This document shows, piece after piece, positions 1-12,968 of a stretch of 64,000 nt of DNA. Location: contig NC_092674.1 in assembly GCF_964355755.1 (NCBI RefSeq), positions 2,418,001-2,482,000 on the forward strand, given 5' to 3'. This stretch comes from Antedon mediterranea (Eukaryota; Animalia; Echinodermata). The notes under the pieces are model-generated. The model worked only from the letters and a program-made list of their open reading frames with translations. It was not told the origin of the DNA and did no database searches. The stretch's first letter is position 1. Each line of letters opens with the position of its first letter. The translations under genes were made by a program, and so were the position numbers.

Positions 1-2399
1 AGTTTACACAGACGAGCGGTAACGGTAAGCGGAAAACCGCGTAGCTTGTCCCCTCGTAGAATCTGTATCGGAACCCGTCCATTGTGTGTAAATGGTTATA
101 ACATACATTCTATATTATTAACGTTACTGGTCGTCTGTGTAAATTGGCCTTTAGTTAGGGGAAAACTAATGAGGGAAAACAATGAACACAAAACCACGGA
201 CCCTGCACAAAACCAATCTGTTCAGGGAGAAATATTAATGATCTATTAGTCAATGGGTCCCGAGGGCCGAAGGCCCTTTAATATAGAGGTTATACTGCAT
301 TACTGTAAAGATATCATTGTGGAAATGTCATCATGGTAATTACTGTAACAAGCGTTTTTTTATCCGTCTTACTAATCATTAAATCATCGTAAATAACCTT
401 GTTACAGAACAAAATAATAAATATTAACTGTAAAATAGCGTGACATTATAATAAGGTGATTCCACCACCCGCCGCCCGCGCAACCATGCATAACGGAACA
501 CTCAACACAATCACTTCCGCAAAATAACACCTTACAGCAAACGTATATTACTTATAGTTTCCTCAGTTATATAACAAACTACAAGTATGTACTACTCATG
601 CATAGTAATACAATTGTCCAATATATATTTAAGGGTTCGTAATGCAAGGTCCATTTGAATGTGACGTCACGATGAAGCACGTGACCTCAGGTAAATTAAT
701 CAAGATCGTATATCACCAGTTGTTGATATTAATAACAAGGTTGTAATATTTGTGAAAACATTAGTAGATCTATCTTGTGGTTATTATTGTTTATGATGGA
801 TTCTGGTGGTAAGGACAATGACGTCACATTTACTACTAAAGCAAGGACGTATGACCAATTGAAGTTGACCAATCACAAGCGATAATCAATCGCTTGTAAT
901 TGGTCAATTTACTTGGTGCGCTAAGGTATCTTTGCGTTGCTGCACAGGGAACCAACATTAATAATCAATTTTACACGTTATCTTAAATAATATAGACTTA
1001 TTCTAATAACAATTATTATATAACATCTAAAATAGATTCCTGTCATTTGATTGGACGATTGTGGGTCACATGGCGTGCAATAGTACGCACTATTAAACGA
1101 TAGTTTAATAGTTTTTTTTAAACATTTTGTTGCGCCTTGTTGAAATATAACCATTCATTCAACTCATGCCATTATTTTTGTACTATTACACTCATAAACA
1201 TTCACTATTTGTATATTATGAAATACCGTAGATAATATAATACCAAAATAATATATACATATAAAAATAAATTTAATAGAATATGATATAATTATTAAGT
1301 ATGATAATATCTATGCAGAGAGTTTGCAATGATCATATTGTTGTTCATACTTTTGGTTTAAAAAGTATAATCCTGGCCTAGACTTCAAACAATAATTAAC
1401 ACGACCACAAAATAAAGATCACGGCCAAGGTTTAGATGATACAAATATTAATATAAAAATGATAACAAACAACAACGGAAATGCGTCATTCACTTTTAAC
1501 TCATGTTAAACCATTGCGATGACGTATAAGCGTTATTGACGTCACATGGTTTGCGCCAATAATACATCTTTTCATAAAATAAAAATCCGAGATACAAATA
1601 TTTTAAAGTACTGTTTTGTTACCTTGTTGAAATGGGTGGAATATACCTTTACATGGATTACTCCATTTTTTGTAATTTTCCTCCCTGGTTTATACATTCT
1701 TTCGTAAAAATACACTATATTGTATAGATCTAGTTTGTACTGTTAATATGCAATTACAGCTCCTAATATACATATATTTAAAAAAATTATAAATGACCAA
1801 AGATAAAATATACTTGAAACTCTATATTTTTCATGAAATCTTTTTTTTTTTTTTTTTTGTACTGTAAATTATAACTTGTGTAATAGTATAAATAGTTTTG
1901 TAGTAAGTAACGACCTTGTGAAAAACACCAATATGGTGATTCAAGTGTTGCATCCGTTTTTAAATAAAGTTGTTATTATTATTATTATTATTATTGTTAA
2001 TATTAAAATTGTTTTTTTTTTCATTAAATGAAGTAGGGGTTCTAGACCATATTTCTAATTAATATTAGCAAAAAAAGATAATTATTTTGGCACAAATGGA
2101 ATTTCAGACGTAACTGTGCTCACAAATACGTATACGGGTGGACTACTAATAAACACAACACAATAAGTAGTCAGACTTTGGGCAAGTCTAGAAGAAGAAA
2201 TGTGGAGATGAAACGTGCGAACATGTTGAACAAACGAAAACAATTATGCCTATACAAACAAACAACACAAATGAAACCAGTAAATTGATAACAATCATCG
2301 GAAACGTAAAAAACGTATACAAAACAATGACGACTGTTTGTATGATGAATAAAATGATCTGTTTGTACGTGGTTGTGATAAACAAACAGACAATAAGTA

Positions 2400-2549
2400 A
2401 AGCTCTGTCTACAAACACTATCAAAATTTATGTGACATAAAAATGTGATGTGCCGACATAATGGACATGATGATGTCATATCACTACTATATTTGGGAAT
2501 ATCACTACCATATTAGGGCACGTCACACTAGTTTGATAGTGTAGACAGA
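2400..2549. mobile_element. MITE family A (PIF/Harbinger Tourist-like), copy
   Basis: TIR AGCTCTGTCTACACTATCAAA...TTTGATAGTGTAGACAGA(GCT), usually flanked by TAA/TTA, with internal ~20-bp AAATATGGTAGTGATATGCC-type repeats. About 11 copies in the window. Confidence 0.75.
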
Positions 2550-4410
2550 ATGTGAGGTGAATTGGGCGGTGAAATTATTGGTTGATTGTCTGCGTATTTT
2601 TTTTTTACCGCCACCCGCCATGTCGTCATAATTTAACTTTCTCTTCTCAAGTTCATCCGTCGTCTGTCTGAAGCAGTCAGCCGGGAGTAAGCCATCGATG
2701 GTAATCCTTACAAGCAGTACTAAGACCTTGACCCGTTGTTTTTAACTCTATGGGGACGAGGTGGGCGGTTTAATTTTGACTTGACTGGTCATCTGCTTGG
2801 CTAGGCGAGACATAACACCACAATTTCACAAATCCCCTTAAAACAGATCCTCTAGGCCCTAAACTTCGTCAATCTAACGTTTCCTCACAGATGCCAAGGG
2901 ACGCCCTAGCCTTTGTATGATCTAACCCGCTAACTTCTCAAAACCACAGGTAGCCTATTTTGGTTATGTCTAGTCTATCGTATATTTTCGTCTTTTATTG
3001 TCACAATGGTTTCGATTTTTGAGGTCCAGACAAATTTCTTAATATTATTTAGCTGAAATGAGATATGTAAACACAATCTCTATTTCGAAACACTTTCTCA
3101 ACAGTTTATTCCGCTATCAAATTGAACTACCTCTTATAAACCTGAGATAAAAATAATATGTGATAGGACGCGACAGTTAGGAAGAAATCCGTCGCTCTTC
3201 GTTCCCATTGGACGCAACTCAAGCGCGTACGTAAGCGCAACGCAAGTAACTTGACCAATTAACATGGATGCGAAAGTAAAATGCGTAGACACAATATACT
3301 GTACTTTTATATATATATAGAATATATAGGCCTAAGCTTTAGATAAAGGTAAAGAAATATAACCATTTAGTTATACCATAGGCGCTCCTACGTTATGCCA
3401 AACGCCTTTTTATAATATGCGCGTGCGCGCGTGAGTGGTTTGTGACCATGAAAGGGGTGGTGAGAGGGAGAGTAGATATTGAGGGTATACTTAACCTCCT
3501 TTTGCAAGCTATTGTTACATTAGCCTCTGGCCATGGCGTATTGTCAAATCCTCAAATTATGACGTCACGAGATATACACATTCATTAATATCAACACACG
3601 CCTATAGTAATTGTTGTGGTTCACAAATTAATATAAATAATTAATAATAAACAAAATATAAACACTTCATGCATCATATTATGCTGAATGGGTTAACACC
3701 CATATTTTTTAGTCATATCTCACGTACTCCATTGTTGCTATACTACATATTAGGATGGATAAAAAAACCTCCAAAGACTGACATCTTCAAATTCACTTAA
3801 TATTTTTTCACTTTACCATATTTAGCATGCACGGTGTAATTTCATAAACTGCATTTTTTGATTAATAGAAAAAAATGGTAGATTTAAATTGTGGTTTTAA
3901 AAGACATCCTCGATCAAACACTGATTGACATCATAGTGTTGTGGGAAAATAATTATTATACATATTATCTGTTATTTTAACATGGCAATTGCCGGACTGT
4001 GCCGGACAAGTGTCGTCTACCTGACGTAGGCCGTACATACATTATTCGGTGTTACCCAGGGATATCTGGTTCTGGCATGATCAGGCGGATCTCACATAGA
4101 ACGTATGTTTAATACATTTTATGACAGGATGTAAAAAAAAGTTTAATGGTAGTTGTGAAATCCAAAATACTAAAATAACGCTGCTGAAATAAATGATAAA
4201 TAAGCATATTCGCGAAAACGCTAGAAATCGTACAGTTTCATCACGTATATATTTATATAACTATTTACCATGGTAAACAAATCTAACGAGTGACGTAATG
4301 CCGATTCCATTCTTCTACTTCATGGGGTTTACTATTATACTGTTATACATTCGCGTCATTTCGAGATACCGTCTGTAATGTTATATAACTAACATTCACA
4401 ATAACATGTG

Positions 4411-4752
4411 TTAAAGATGTATTGTCCCTCTGGAAAAATATTTCTCACAATTATTTTTTTTATATGCCATTTTAATGTCATCTAATAATTATCCACTTTG
4501 ACCAAAAATTGGATTGAAAAAAAAATGATATACCTGAAAAAAGTGTAATTTAAAGCAAAAAATAGTCAAATTGGCTACCAGCCAATGGGTTTTGGTTGAA
4601 TTTTAAAACCAGTTATTTTGTAAATTTATAAGTGAAAACAATGTTTTTCTATAAAAGAGATTTACTCTAACTACAAAGTAACCTATTCAAAGTCTGATTT
4701 AATTAATTTACATTTTTCATGTTTTGGGGGGACAATAGGCCAACATCTTTAA
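4411..4752. mobile_element. MITE family B (Kolobok-like, TTAA target), copy
   Basis: TTAA-AGATGTATTGTCCC...GGGGACAAT..ACATCT-TTAA termini; internal sequence shared with the copies at 20633, 25567, 30437 and 39509. Confidence 0.75.
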
Positions 4753-5296
4753 CTTTTCGTTCAACATTTTAAACTTAGCTGTGGGTAAATAATAGTAACA
4801 CTTAGGTATGTGAACGTTACCATAGGTCTACAAAAAAAGGAACCATTGAAAGAAAGTGATACGTCTTGAAATAAGGGGAGGGAGGGGGGGGGGTGTACGC
4901 ACTCGAAAGGGGAGACAAAAGTCGGAGTTAGTATACTTGTAATATGATGTCGATAACGAGGTAAAAATAATTGAAGCTGAGTCATGTCGTGGTATGGTGC
5001 CACCGACCGAGGTAGGATGTGATATGGCACCGTGACACGATATGACTGATGTGATGAGGAATTACGTTAGCTAAATAAATAATAACACAATTGAATCAAA
5101 ACATTTGCAGTTTTAATGTATTTTTATCAAAGGTACCCTCCCTATCCTATTTGTAATTTGTTGTTATCGATAAAAATTGTAAAATACCCTGTAACTATAC
5201 GCCAAATTACTGGCCTAATATTTAAATTGTCATAAATGTCTGTGAATCAGAAAGAAAAAGATAACAATTAATTGCAATTAAAGCTTCAGCTTGGAT

Positions 5297-5567
5297 AAGC
5301 TTAGTTCTCACTAGGACGCAACGCAAGCGAGTTGACAAATGACAAGCAACAATTCGAATAATCATCGCTTGTGATTGGTCAAATCCCTGAAGCTTGGTTC
5401 TCACTAGCGACGCAACGTAAGAAAATGCCCTTCTAGTCATTGTGTTTGCCCCCGCCTGCGTGAAATCAAACCTATGATGTTTGCAGCATTATTGCGTCGT
5501 CGGTTCCCACCGATTACGTAATACATCACTTTACGTTGCGTCGCTGTGTTGCCTCTAACCACGCATT
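5297..5567. mobile_element. MITE family C fragments (AAGCTTGGTTCCCACTAG termini)
   Basis: AAGCTT(G/A)GTTCTCACTAG..ACGCAACGCAAG..TTGAC(C)AATGACAAGC motifs also seen at about 836-957, 3200-3265, 6380-6517 and 62836-62940. Confidence 0.6.
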
Positions 5568-5568
5568 A

Positions 5569-5704
5569 AGCGCTGTCTACACCGTCGAACTAGTTGAAAA
5601 AACAAGTGTGATGTGTCCATATATGGTAGTGATGTGACATCATCATGTCTCTATATGGGCACATCACATTTGTCACATAAAGTTTGATAGTGTAGACAGA
5701 GCTT
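5569..5704. mobile_element. MITE family A copy
   Basis: GCTGTCTACAC...GTTTGATAGTGTAGACAGAGCT termini. Confidence 0.75.
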
Positions 5705-6379
5705 TAGGCGTTAGGACGATTACACATAATTCAAAGTACTACCGCAGTACGATAGCTACTACCGCAGTATATTCGTGACAAATTCTTTGAATTGAATGCT
5801 TGAATTGTCATCAGCAGAGAGCAAACCCCATACTCTATGCTACTATAGGGTGTTGCACAATGATCAGCTGACCATCGACTGATGGGCCCATGATCAGTTT
5901 TGTTTACGTGCAGGATATGATGAGGAAGATGAAACCCGTTAATAGGTGGTTCGACAAGAAAATAATACTGTGGAACCGGTTACATAATATTTTAAAAAGC
6001 CATCGATAATATATTATTCCAGGCTTGTGCAAGGAATGAGTAAATAGTCGTTTAAAATTATCATCAGACCACCACATGACATGTAGGCCTATACCATTCC
6101 ATGTGACCGTGTATCATCATTTTATGTAATTTATTGGGGGGGGGGGGGGCAAGTTAACCTTTGTGATTTTTTACTTTTTACTGTTGTTGACATGACGTAA
6201 ATTTCAAACCAGCAGCGAACTGCGTCGTTATTTTGTTTTATTTATTTCAATCTCCATAGAAAAAAAAATTAGAATTTGCAACATGATGATATATTAATCA
6301 ATCATTTTACGTAGTATAGATCATTACCGGTATTTTATTCGCCGATCTTTGCGACATTACTCTAGACAAAAGGATTGTT

Positions 6380-6517
6380 AAAGCTTGGTTCCCACTAGTA
6401 CGCAACACAAGCGAGTTGACCAATGACAAGCACCAGTTAGAATAATATATCGCTGATTGGTCTACTTGCGTTGCGCTTGCGCCCTTACTTTGCGTGCTCT
6501 AGTATAAAACCAAGCTT
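6380..6517. mobile_element. MITE family C copy
   Basis: AAGCTTGGTTCCCACTAG ... CTAGTATAAAACCAAGCTT inverted termini; internal TTGACCAAT/ATTGGTC inverted pair. Confidence 0.65.
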
Positions 6518-6520
6518 TTA

Positions 6521-6762
6521 TCGCACGAACGTTCGGCGTATGTCCTTGCGTTGCGTCCTAGTGGGCACCAAGCTTAATTCAATCGTACGAACGTTCGGCG
6601 CATGTCCTTGCGTTGCGTCCTAGTGGGAACCAAGTTTAATTCAAACGTACGAACGTTCAGCGCATGTCCTTGCGTTGTGTCCTAGTGGGAACCAAGCTTA
6701 ATTAAATCGTATCAACGTTCAGCGCATGTTCTTGCGTTGCGTCCTAGTTGGAACCAAACTTT
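6521..6762. repeat. Tandem array, 4 x 62 bp, derived from the right end of MITE family C
   Basis: Unit TCGTACGAACGTTCGGCGCATGTCCTTGCGTTGCGTCCTAGTGGGAACCAAGCTTAATTCAA starting at 6521, 6583, 6645 and 6707. Confidence 0.9.
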
Positions 6763-7346
6763 AGTAAACACGAAATCAAAAAGCTGACGTATGGGACTGT
6801 TTGTTCGTTTTTAAACGGCGATGACACCCACTATTATGTCAAGAGCAAAAAATTGGCACCAGTTACACAGTTTGTAACTAACCAATGACGTTCCTGCTGC
6901 GGAGGAACAGTGGGGCTATTAACCGGTACACAATACAGTATAGGTCTATATGCAGAAATAACAATAAAATAAATAAACAATTATTATTTATTGGTATTTC
7001 CTTGTATGCTTATGCTTATTTTTCTAAACCATATCCAAAATTAAATATGATCATTGTTGTGCAAGATATGTAATTATTAATTTCTAATAATCGTGACCAC
7101 CAAACCAGAAATGAATGTTCCTCTACAGACTTTAAATGACGATTAGGTATTTTAAACCAATCAAATAAACAGTACTGTTGCCACACACTTATGTGTGAAA
7201 CCAACTCATCAGATATTAAATAAACAGTATTGCCACATACTGTGAAACCACTTTTTGGTTTTTATGTAGTCTATAGGTTAATACTTTACAGATTGAGTTT
7301 AAAAACTGGTACAGTAGAACGGAACTACTCCTTTGGGACACTCATA

Positions 7347-7503
7347 AGCTCTGCCTACACTATCAAACTTTATGACAAAAAGTGTGATGTGCCCAATGGT
7401 AGTGATATGGTTAAATATGGTAGTGATATGATAAATCATCATGTACATATTTGGACACATCAAACTTTTTTTGTCAAACTAATTTGATAGTGTAGACAGA
7501 GAT
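7347..7503. mobile_element. MITE family A copy
   Basis: AGCTCTGCCTACACTATCAAAC...TTTGATAGTGTAGACAGAG. Confidence 0.75.
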
Positions 7504-8868
7504 TTATTAGGGGACACTTGCCCGTGAAAGAAACATACAAGGGGGATATGAGAAGCATGAGGGAAATGAATAGCCAATATTCAGGGGACACCACCCCTAT
7601 TAAAGAGACCTATGGGACTTTTTGTGGTGTTAGCTCATTAAACAATTCTGGAAACGCCCTGTAAAGACAACAGAAGAGGAACAACATACCATTGTGCTTG
7701 TTTGTAGATAGCAAACATATTTTATTTACCAAATACATTTATTTTCCTCTTTATATACACTCATCCATACAATTAGTTTTAAATAAAAAAGTATATAAAA
7801 ATAAATATAAATTGCTTATTTATTTAAATTATTGCAGAAATTTTAGTTTAGTGAAAGTTTCAAAGAGTGATTGTTGAAGAAAAGTTTAATATAAAATTTA
7901 AAATTTATTCTTTGGTATTTTCAAAGGTTCATAATTGAAAACCTTTTTAAATATCTTTCTAAATTGAATATTATTTACATAGTTTAATTTAGCACTACAA
8001 AATTAAATACCACATTAATTGTGGAATATACTTTAGCACCAACAATGGTGTGAAATTCTCAATATTACATAATAATCACCTTTTGCACTAAGCACTCTTT
8101 GCTTATGCGCCCCATTCTACAGAGCATTCAAAACCAAAAGCAACACTGAACTTGTTATTATTTGATAACGTCGTGAGGTGGTTTCCCGAAGGATCGTAAA
8201 ATCAAAACGGTACTGGGTATGACCAACTAGCGTTCTTGTCACCAACTAGTCATCCATTCATAGAAGTACTGATGTAGTAGCCTATCTGTACGGTGACCAT
8301 AGAATGTGACCCGAGACATGACTAACTACGACTTTTAGTTGATAGAAGATTGAAAAAATGTTGATATTGAGAATTGAAAGATATCTCTTCCTATTGTATT
8401 GCAATTGTACAAATAAAAAAGTATCTACAATCGTGATATCAAAGGCTTGTAAGAAGGTATGAATATCGGACTAGCTCTATGAGCAATTCAGTACAGCTTA
8501 AAAAAGATACCATTATTTAGATTTAAAACAAACTAGAAATTGGAAGATACAGTTAATTATACAAGATACCCTATATAAATAAATAGTGTATTAAACTTAT
8601 TATTAAATTTTGCACATTCAAATCTTTTACAATCAATTCAAATATAATATTGAATAATTTTCTATATACAATTATGTACCAAAAACAAATAAATATTAAA
8701 AAAATATATATATATTTTTAATATCTTACTCTTTTATTAATTTAATATTATTGTAAATCATGGCAAAAGGCTGGATATAAATTCTTAGCAATAATTATAT
8801 TACATGAAATATTAAAATATTTTTACAGTAGAAAAATAGAATTGCCTGCTTAGCATGTATGATATGTA

Positions 8869-10782
8869 TCAATCACTTAGCTCTTGTTTAATTACTTTGG
8901 AATGTTCCGACGAAAGAGATGCGGAAACCGAGGTCAAAGGTCTAAACCCTGAGGAAGACGGAATAACTACATCTGTTCTTGGTATTGGAATGCTATCTAA
9001 CTTGTATGCGACGTTATTTGAATCTGGAAATTCGCTCTTAACTCTGGGTACAGTATCTTGCGCTGACGTGCTTCTGCTCGGAAGAGCAAATCCAAAACTT
9101 GTCGGGAACGGGTAGGTGAAAGTGTTTAACGGTTGGTTGATTTGTGTTAAGTTGGTTGTCGCTTGCGAAGTGAATACTGCCGGTACAGTAGCCGAAGTAT
9201 CAAGTTTAGAAAAGTTATGAGTTTTTATGTGTCGACTTAAACTATTAGGGTGAGCAAATTTCGCGGGACATTTACTACATTGGTATTGTTCTATTGTATT
9301 TTCTGCTCCGTCAATTCCTCGCTTAGGTTCATGCGTTTTCATGTGACGTCCAAGATGGTGAGACCGCGAAAACGCAGCCCCGCATTTTCCACAGCAGTAT
9401 GGCTTTTCACCAGTGTGCGTTCTCACATGTATTACGAGATGATGTTTACGACTGAACATATCACCACATTCACGGCAAATAAAAGGTTTCTCACCTGTGT
9501 GTACTCGCATATGATTGGTCAAGATACACTTACGGGCAAAACGTGCCCCGCATTCCTGACACTGGAACGGTTTCTCTCCAGTGTGTGATCGCATATGGCG
9601 AACAACATGGTGACGATGTTTGAACATTACGTTACACAGTTGACATTGATACATTTTCCCGGATTCAGTGTTTTGAACGTTAACAGTAACGGGTGCGGCT
9701 TTTACTCCGTTACCTAATACCGCTCGTGGGTAAATCTTTGTGGTGTTTGGATTTTGTATGTTGTCCTGCCACTTACTGTCATGTGCTTGGCTTTTCACCA
9801 TCGCGTTAATATTATGAGTGTAAATTTCTTTCAAACGATTTAAGTCCATATACATTAATTGAGTTTGTTGCGGGACAGGTTCCTCCGTTGTTAAAGCTTG
9901 GAATTTTTCGGTAAAACTTGTATGACTATTGGGCGTCAAAGGCATAGTGGTTGGTGACAAAGGGGTGCTAGATCTGGATAAAGTGCTATTTGTTGGGGAC
10001 GGAGTTTTCCTTGAAATTGACAAATCTAGTGCATGCTCTGCTTCCTGGCTTTCCCTAGCTGACGTTATATCTACCGTTCTATTTGGTTCTCCTTCTTTAC
10101 AATGTACTTTCATTCCTTTTGGTAAATCAGTCTCGTTTTCATGTCTTTTTGCATGATTTATATGTAAATCCTTATCAGTGTATATATGTTTAGTCCATTG
10201 TGACATAACAGGGCTACTATGAACGGGAACAGAATGCGTTACTGCCGTTGATTTCAGCTGTGTTGTATTCAAATGGTCCGTAGTTTCTTTCACGTGCATA
10301 TGGAGTTCACTCTGTTGATAACCCTTGCTAGGCGCCCATTGAATTATAGCAGGCCTAGACATAGCTTCAGAATCAGTTTTAGCAATCCTGTTAGCATTTT
10401 CAGCTTCAAATCTATACTTAATTAATTTTTTACTTGCCATTGGTATGTCCGGACTGGGTACTTGAGGTCTGTCTATATCTGGTACAAGAGAAGCAGCTCG
10501 ACTCTGTATAAACGTAGTAGATTCATCCTGTTGTTTTAATTCAGATGGTAAAGGATCGTAGAATGATTCGGACCCAGTTTGGTCTTGCTTAGGAGGGTCT
10601 TCCATGACTGCCACAGGACACATTGAACAAGTTTCTTGAAGACAAGTATCTCTTGTCATTTCTACTTCACTCACAATCCTAAACTGTATGTCATTAGTAC
10701 AACTAGTTTTATAAGTGGACTGTTCCATTATATCCTGCTGTAAATGATCGCGATTGGTTGAGAAGGCCTCTATTCCACCTAC
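8869..10782 (-). CDS. C2H2 zinc-finger transcription factor (5 fingers), large terminal coding exon
   Basis: 619-aa ORF from Met at 10728. The frame stays open upstream to a splice acceptor (TATATAG|) at 10782/10783. Four tandem CxxC-x12-HxxxH fingers with TGEKP linkers, a fifth isolated finger, and an ALDLS motif resembling the CtBP-binding PxDLS. Confidence 0.88.
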   Translation of the reverse strand, partial: VGGIEAFSTNRDHLQQDIMEQSTYKTSCTNDIQFRIVSEVEMTRDTCLQETCSMCPVAVMEDPPKQDQTGSESFYDPLPSELKQQDESTTFIQSRAASLVPDIDRPQVPSPDIPMASKKLIKYRFEAENANRIAKTDSEAMSRPAIIQWAPSKGYQQSELHMHVKETTDHLNTTQLKSTAVTHSVPVHSSPVMSQWTKHIYTDKDLHINHAKRHENETDLPKGMKVHCKEGEPNRTVDITSARESQEAEHALDLSISRKTPSPTNSTLSRSSTPLSPTTMPLTPNSHTSFTEKFQALTTEEPVPQQTQLMYMDLNRLKEIYTHNINAMVKSQAHDSKWQDNIQNPNTTKIYPRAVLGNGVKAAPVTVNVQNTESGKMYQCQLCNVMFKHRHHVVRHMRSHTGEKPFQCQECGARFARKCILTNHMRVHTGEKPFICRECGDMFSRKHHLVIHVRTHTGEKPYCCGKCGAAFSRSHHLGRHMKTHEPKRGIDGAENTIEQYQCSKCPAKFAHPNSLSRHIKTHNFSKLDTSATVPAVFTSQATTNLTQINQPLNTFTYPFPTSFGFALPSRSTSAQDTVPRVKSEFPDSNNVAYKLDSIPIPRTDVVIPSSSGFRPLTSVSASLSSEHSKVIKQELSD

Positions 10783-12739
10783 CTATATAGTATGATAATA
10801 AAGACAAGTGGTTCATTGGTGATTCACTACAGGTATACAGTTATCAAGTTCAATGACTAAATTTAATTATTTGAGTGGGTATACATACACCCCCTCTATT
10901 TTAAAGTGAAATACATTGAGAATTGTTGTGAGTAATTTTATGTAAGTGTGATTACATAACAGCTATTCCAATTCTATGTTATTTCATAATGCAATGTATT
11001 TATATATCTGTTTGTTTGCCATGACTAAAACACACATAAGGTCAGATACTGATTGTCAAGAAATAGCTATTAAAATTATTACTGTATATTATGAAATAAT
11101 AAATAATCTTGATAGTATACTTTTCAAGAATTGTTTTCATAGTTTTTTACCAATAAATTTAAAAATAAGACATGAAAACTTCTCTGACTTAATTTATTTC
11201 ACAATGTATATTTTGAATTAAATTAAAAGTTGTTTATTTACTGTAATGCATAAATTGCCTCCAGAATCTGTTTTGGCTTTTGGTAATTCTTACTCCTTGT
11301 TATTATTATCAGTGACCAAATAAATATTATTAAACATTAATTAAAAATTATCTAGCTATACCCAAATTATTATTGAATTAAATTGATCACTTTATTTCAG
11401 AATAAATATTCCATATATACAAAAAAAATTAATACAAAACGGAAAATCACACTAAAATATGCAAGTGTTACTTAAGTCAATAAATATTGACAAATTTATA
11501 TAATTATTATTATAATACCCACTCATTTTACTTGAATGAATACTTATTACCATATTAGTAGATTTTGAAATAAAATTCCACTTTATATTTAGGTAAATGT
11601 ACTCACTGTTTAGTTATACCCACTGGTTTTACTTGAATTAATGTAAATTACCTTGAGAATGGTATTGTATTAATATTAGAACATGACTTTGCCAAAAACA
11701 ACTTTTAATGTAACCCCACCCAAAAAGATCTTTTCATTTTTAATCAAGCATAAAAGAAAATGCTCAAATAGGTGGGAACTGTATAAAGTCTGCACAAAGG
11801 TGAATAATACGCTTGAGTGAACAGCAAATAAAAGGATCTTACAATTGAATTACACAGCAGAAAACTGTAGGAGGCAATGTTGGTGGGTGGGTGGGTGGAG
11901 TATTAAGTTTGTGTCTTTGTTTAACCATGTCAACAAACTATTGTATTCGGACAATCTTATCTTTCAAGGGCTTAGGGGAGATTCAAGTATAGTACTGTAC
12001 ATGTATGTACTTGTTCTTATGTGGGCTTTTTATAAGTTCAATGGAATAGCAAAATAAAACAAAGCATAACTCAATGCCTGCTATTATTATCAATTTCATT
12101 TTGTCGCAATCAAATAATATTTGTTTACTTTTCATCCAGGCGTATACTAGAAAACTGTGCGAAGGTCACTATATGGCGGTGACTTTAAATACTATTACTC
12201 AATATTTTTTAATTTATTGGCAACCCCCCAAGAAGTTAGTACCAGTACTGTACCTTGTTCATTCCCTTATCAAGTGGAGACACATGACTTTTTCTGATTA
12301 TTTAAATGTTTTAAAAGGAAATAGTGTATTCTGTAAAAAAAACCATTCAATTCACCCAAAAAATGTCGTTGTCATTTGTCAAAATTTTAAACCAAGCTAC
12401 TGTACCAAAAAATGAAAATGATGGTTAAAATATCAGCATTCAAACAAATTAAAATATTGATATATTTGTTTAACAAAAACACTTTAATTAATACGCTTTC
12501 CAAAAGTGAAAAAAAAAAACATACCTGTTCATTTGAAATGCATTGACTTGCATATATAGAAACTGTCACTAGAAAGACTGGATTGTATCATATGCTACAG
12601 TGGATAAGAAGAATAATCGTGTAGTGTCTCACTGCATCAGGTAGTCTCTGTATCATGTGTGTGTAAACTTCCATCGTGTGGCTATTTATACATACAAAGT
12701 TTCACCTCTCTGATAAAAAAGGAAATGGAACTAAAGTCA

Positions 12740-12968
12740 GTTAGACTAAGCTAACACGGTGACGACTAAATCCAGGCTAACCCTCGACGTAGTGTTCCAC
12801 CCAACTTGGTTTGAGTGGGTGGGATTTGCACTCAGCAATGGGCCGGTTGAGCGTCTCTTAAATCGGTCTAGACAGCGGGAAATCACGTTTTAAATACTAC
12901 AATTAGGTCAAAGAATCCCCTCAGGATGTGAACAGTACTTTTAACATTTGATTTGATTTGATTTGATT
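12740..12968 (+). mobile_element. SINE-like element 3' part with (ATTTG)n tail
   Basis: GC-richer block ending in ATTTGATTTGATTTGATTTGATTT; family not identified. Confidence 0.35.

Noticed and set aside
2171-2479. Three overlapping small ORFs
   Set aside because: Low-complexity A-rich sequence running into a MITE; no homology signal.
5050-5930. C/D-box snoRNA candidates (RTGATGA at about 5051 and 5918)
   Set aside because: No suitably spaced CTGA D box or terminal stem found.
6521-6762. CRISPR-like repeat array
   Set aside because: Units are fully tandem with no unique spacers, the context is eukaryotic, and the unit derives from a MITE end.
8855-10156. Plus-strand ORFs overlapping the ZF exon
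   Set aside because: Antisense shadows of a real coding exon, with no motifs of their own.
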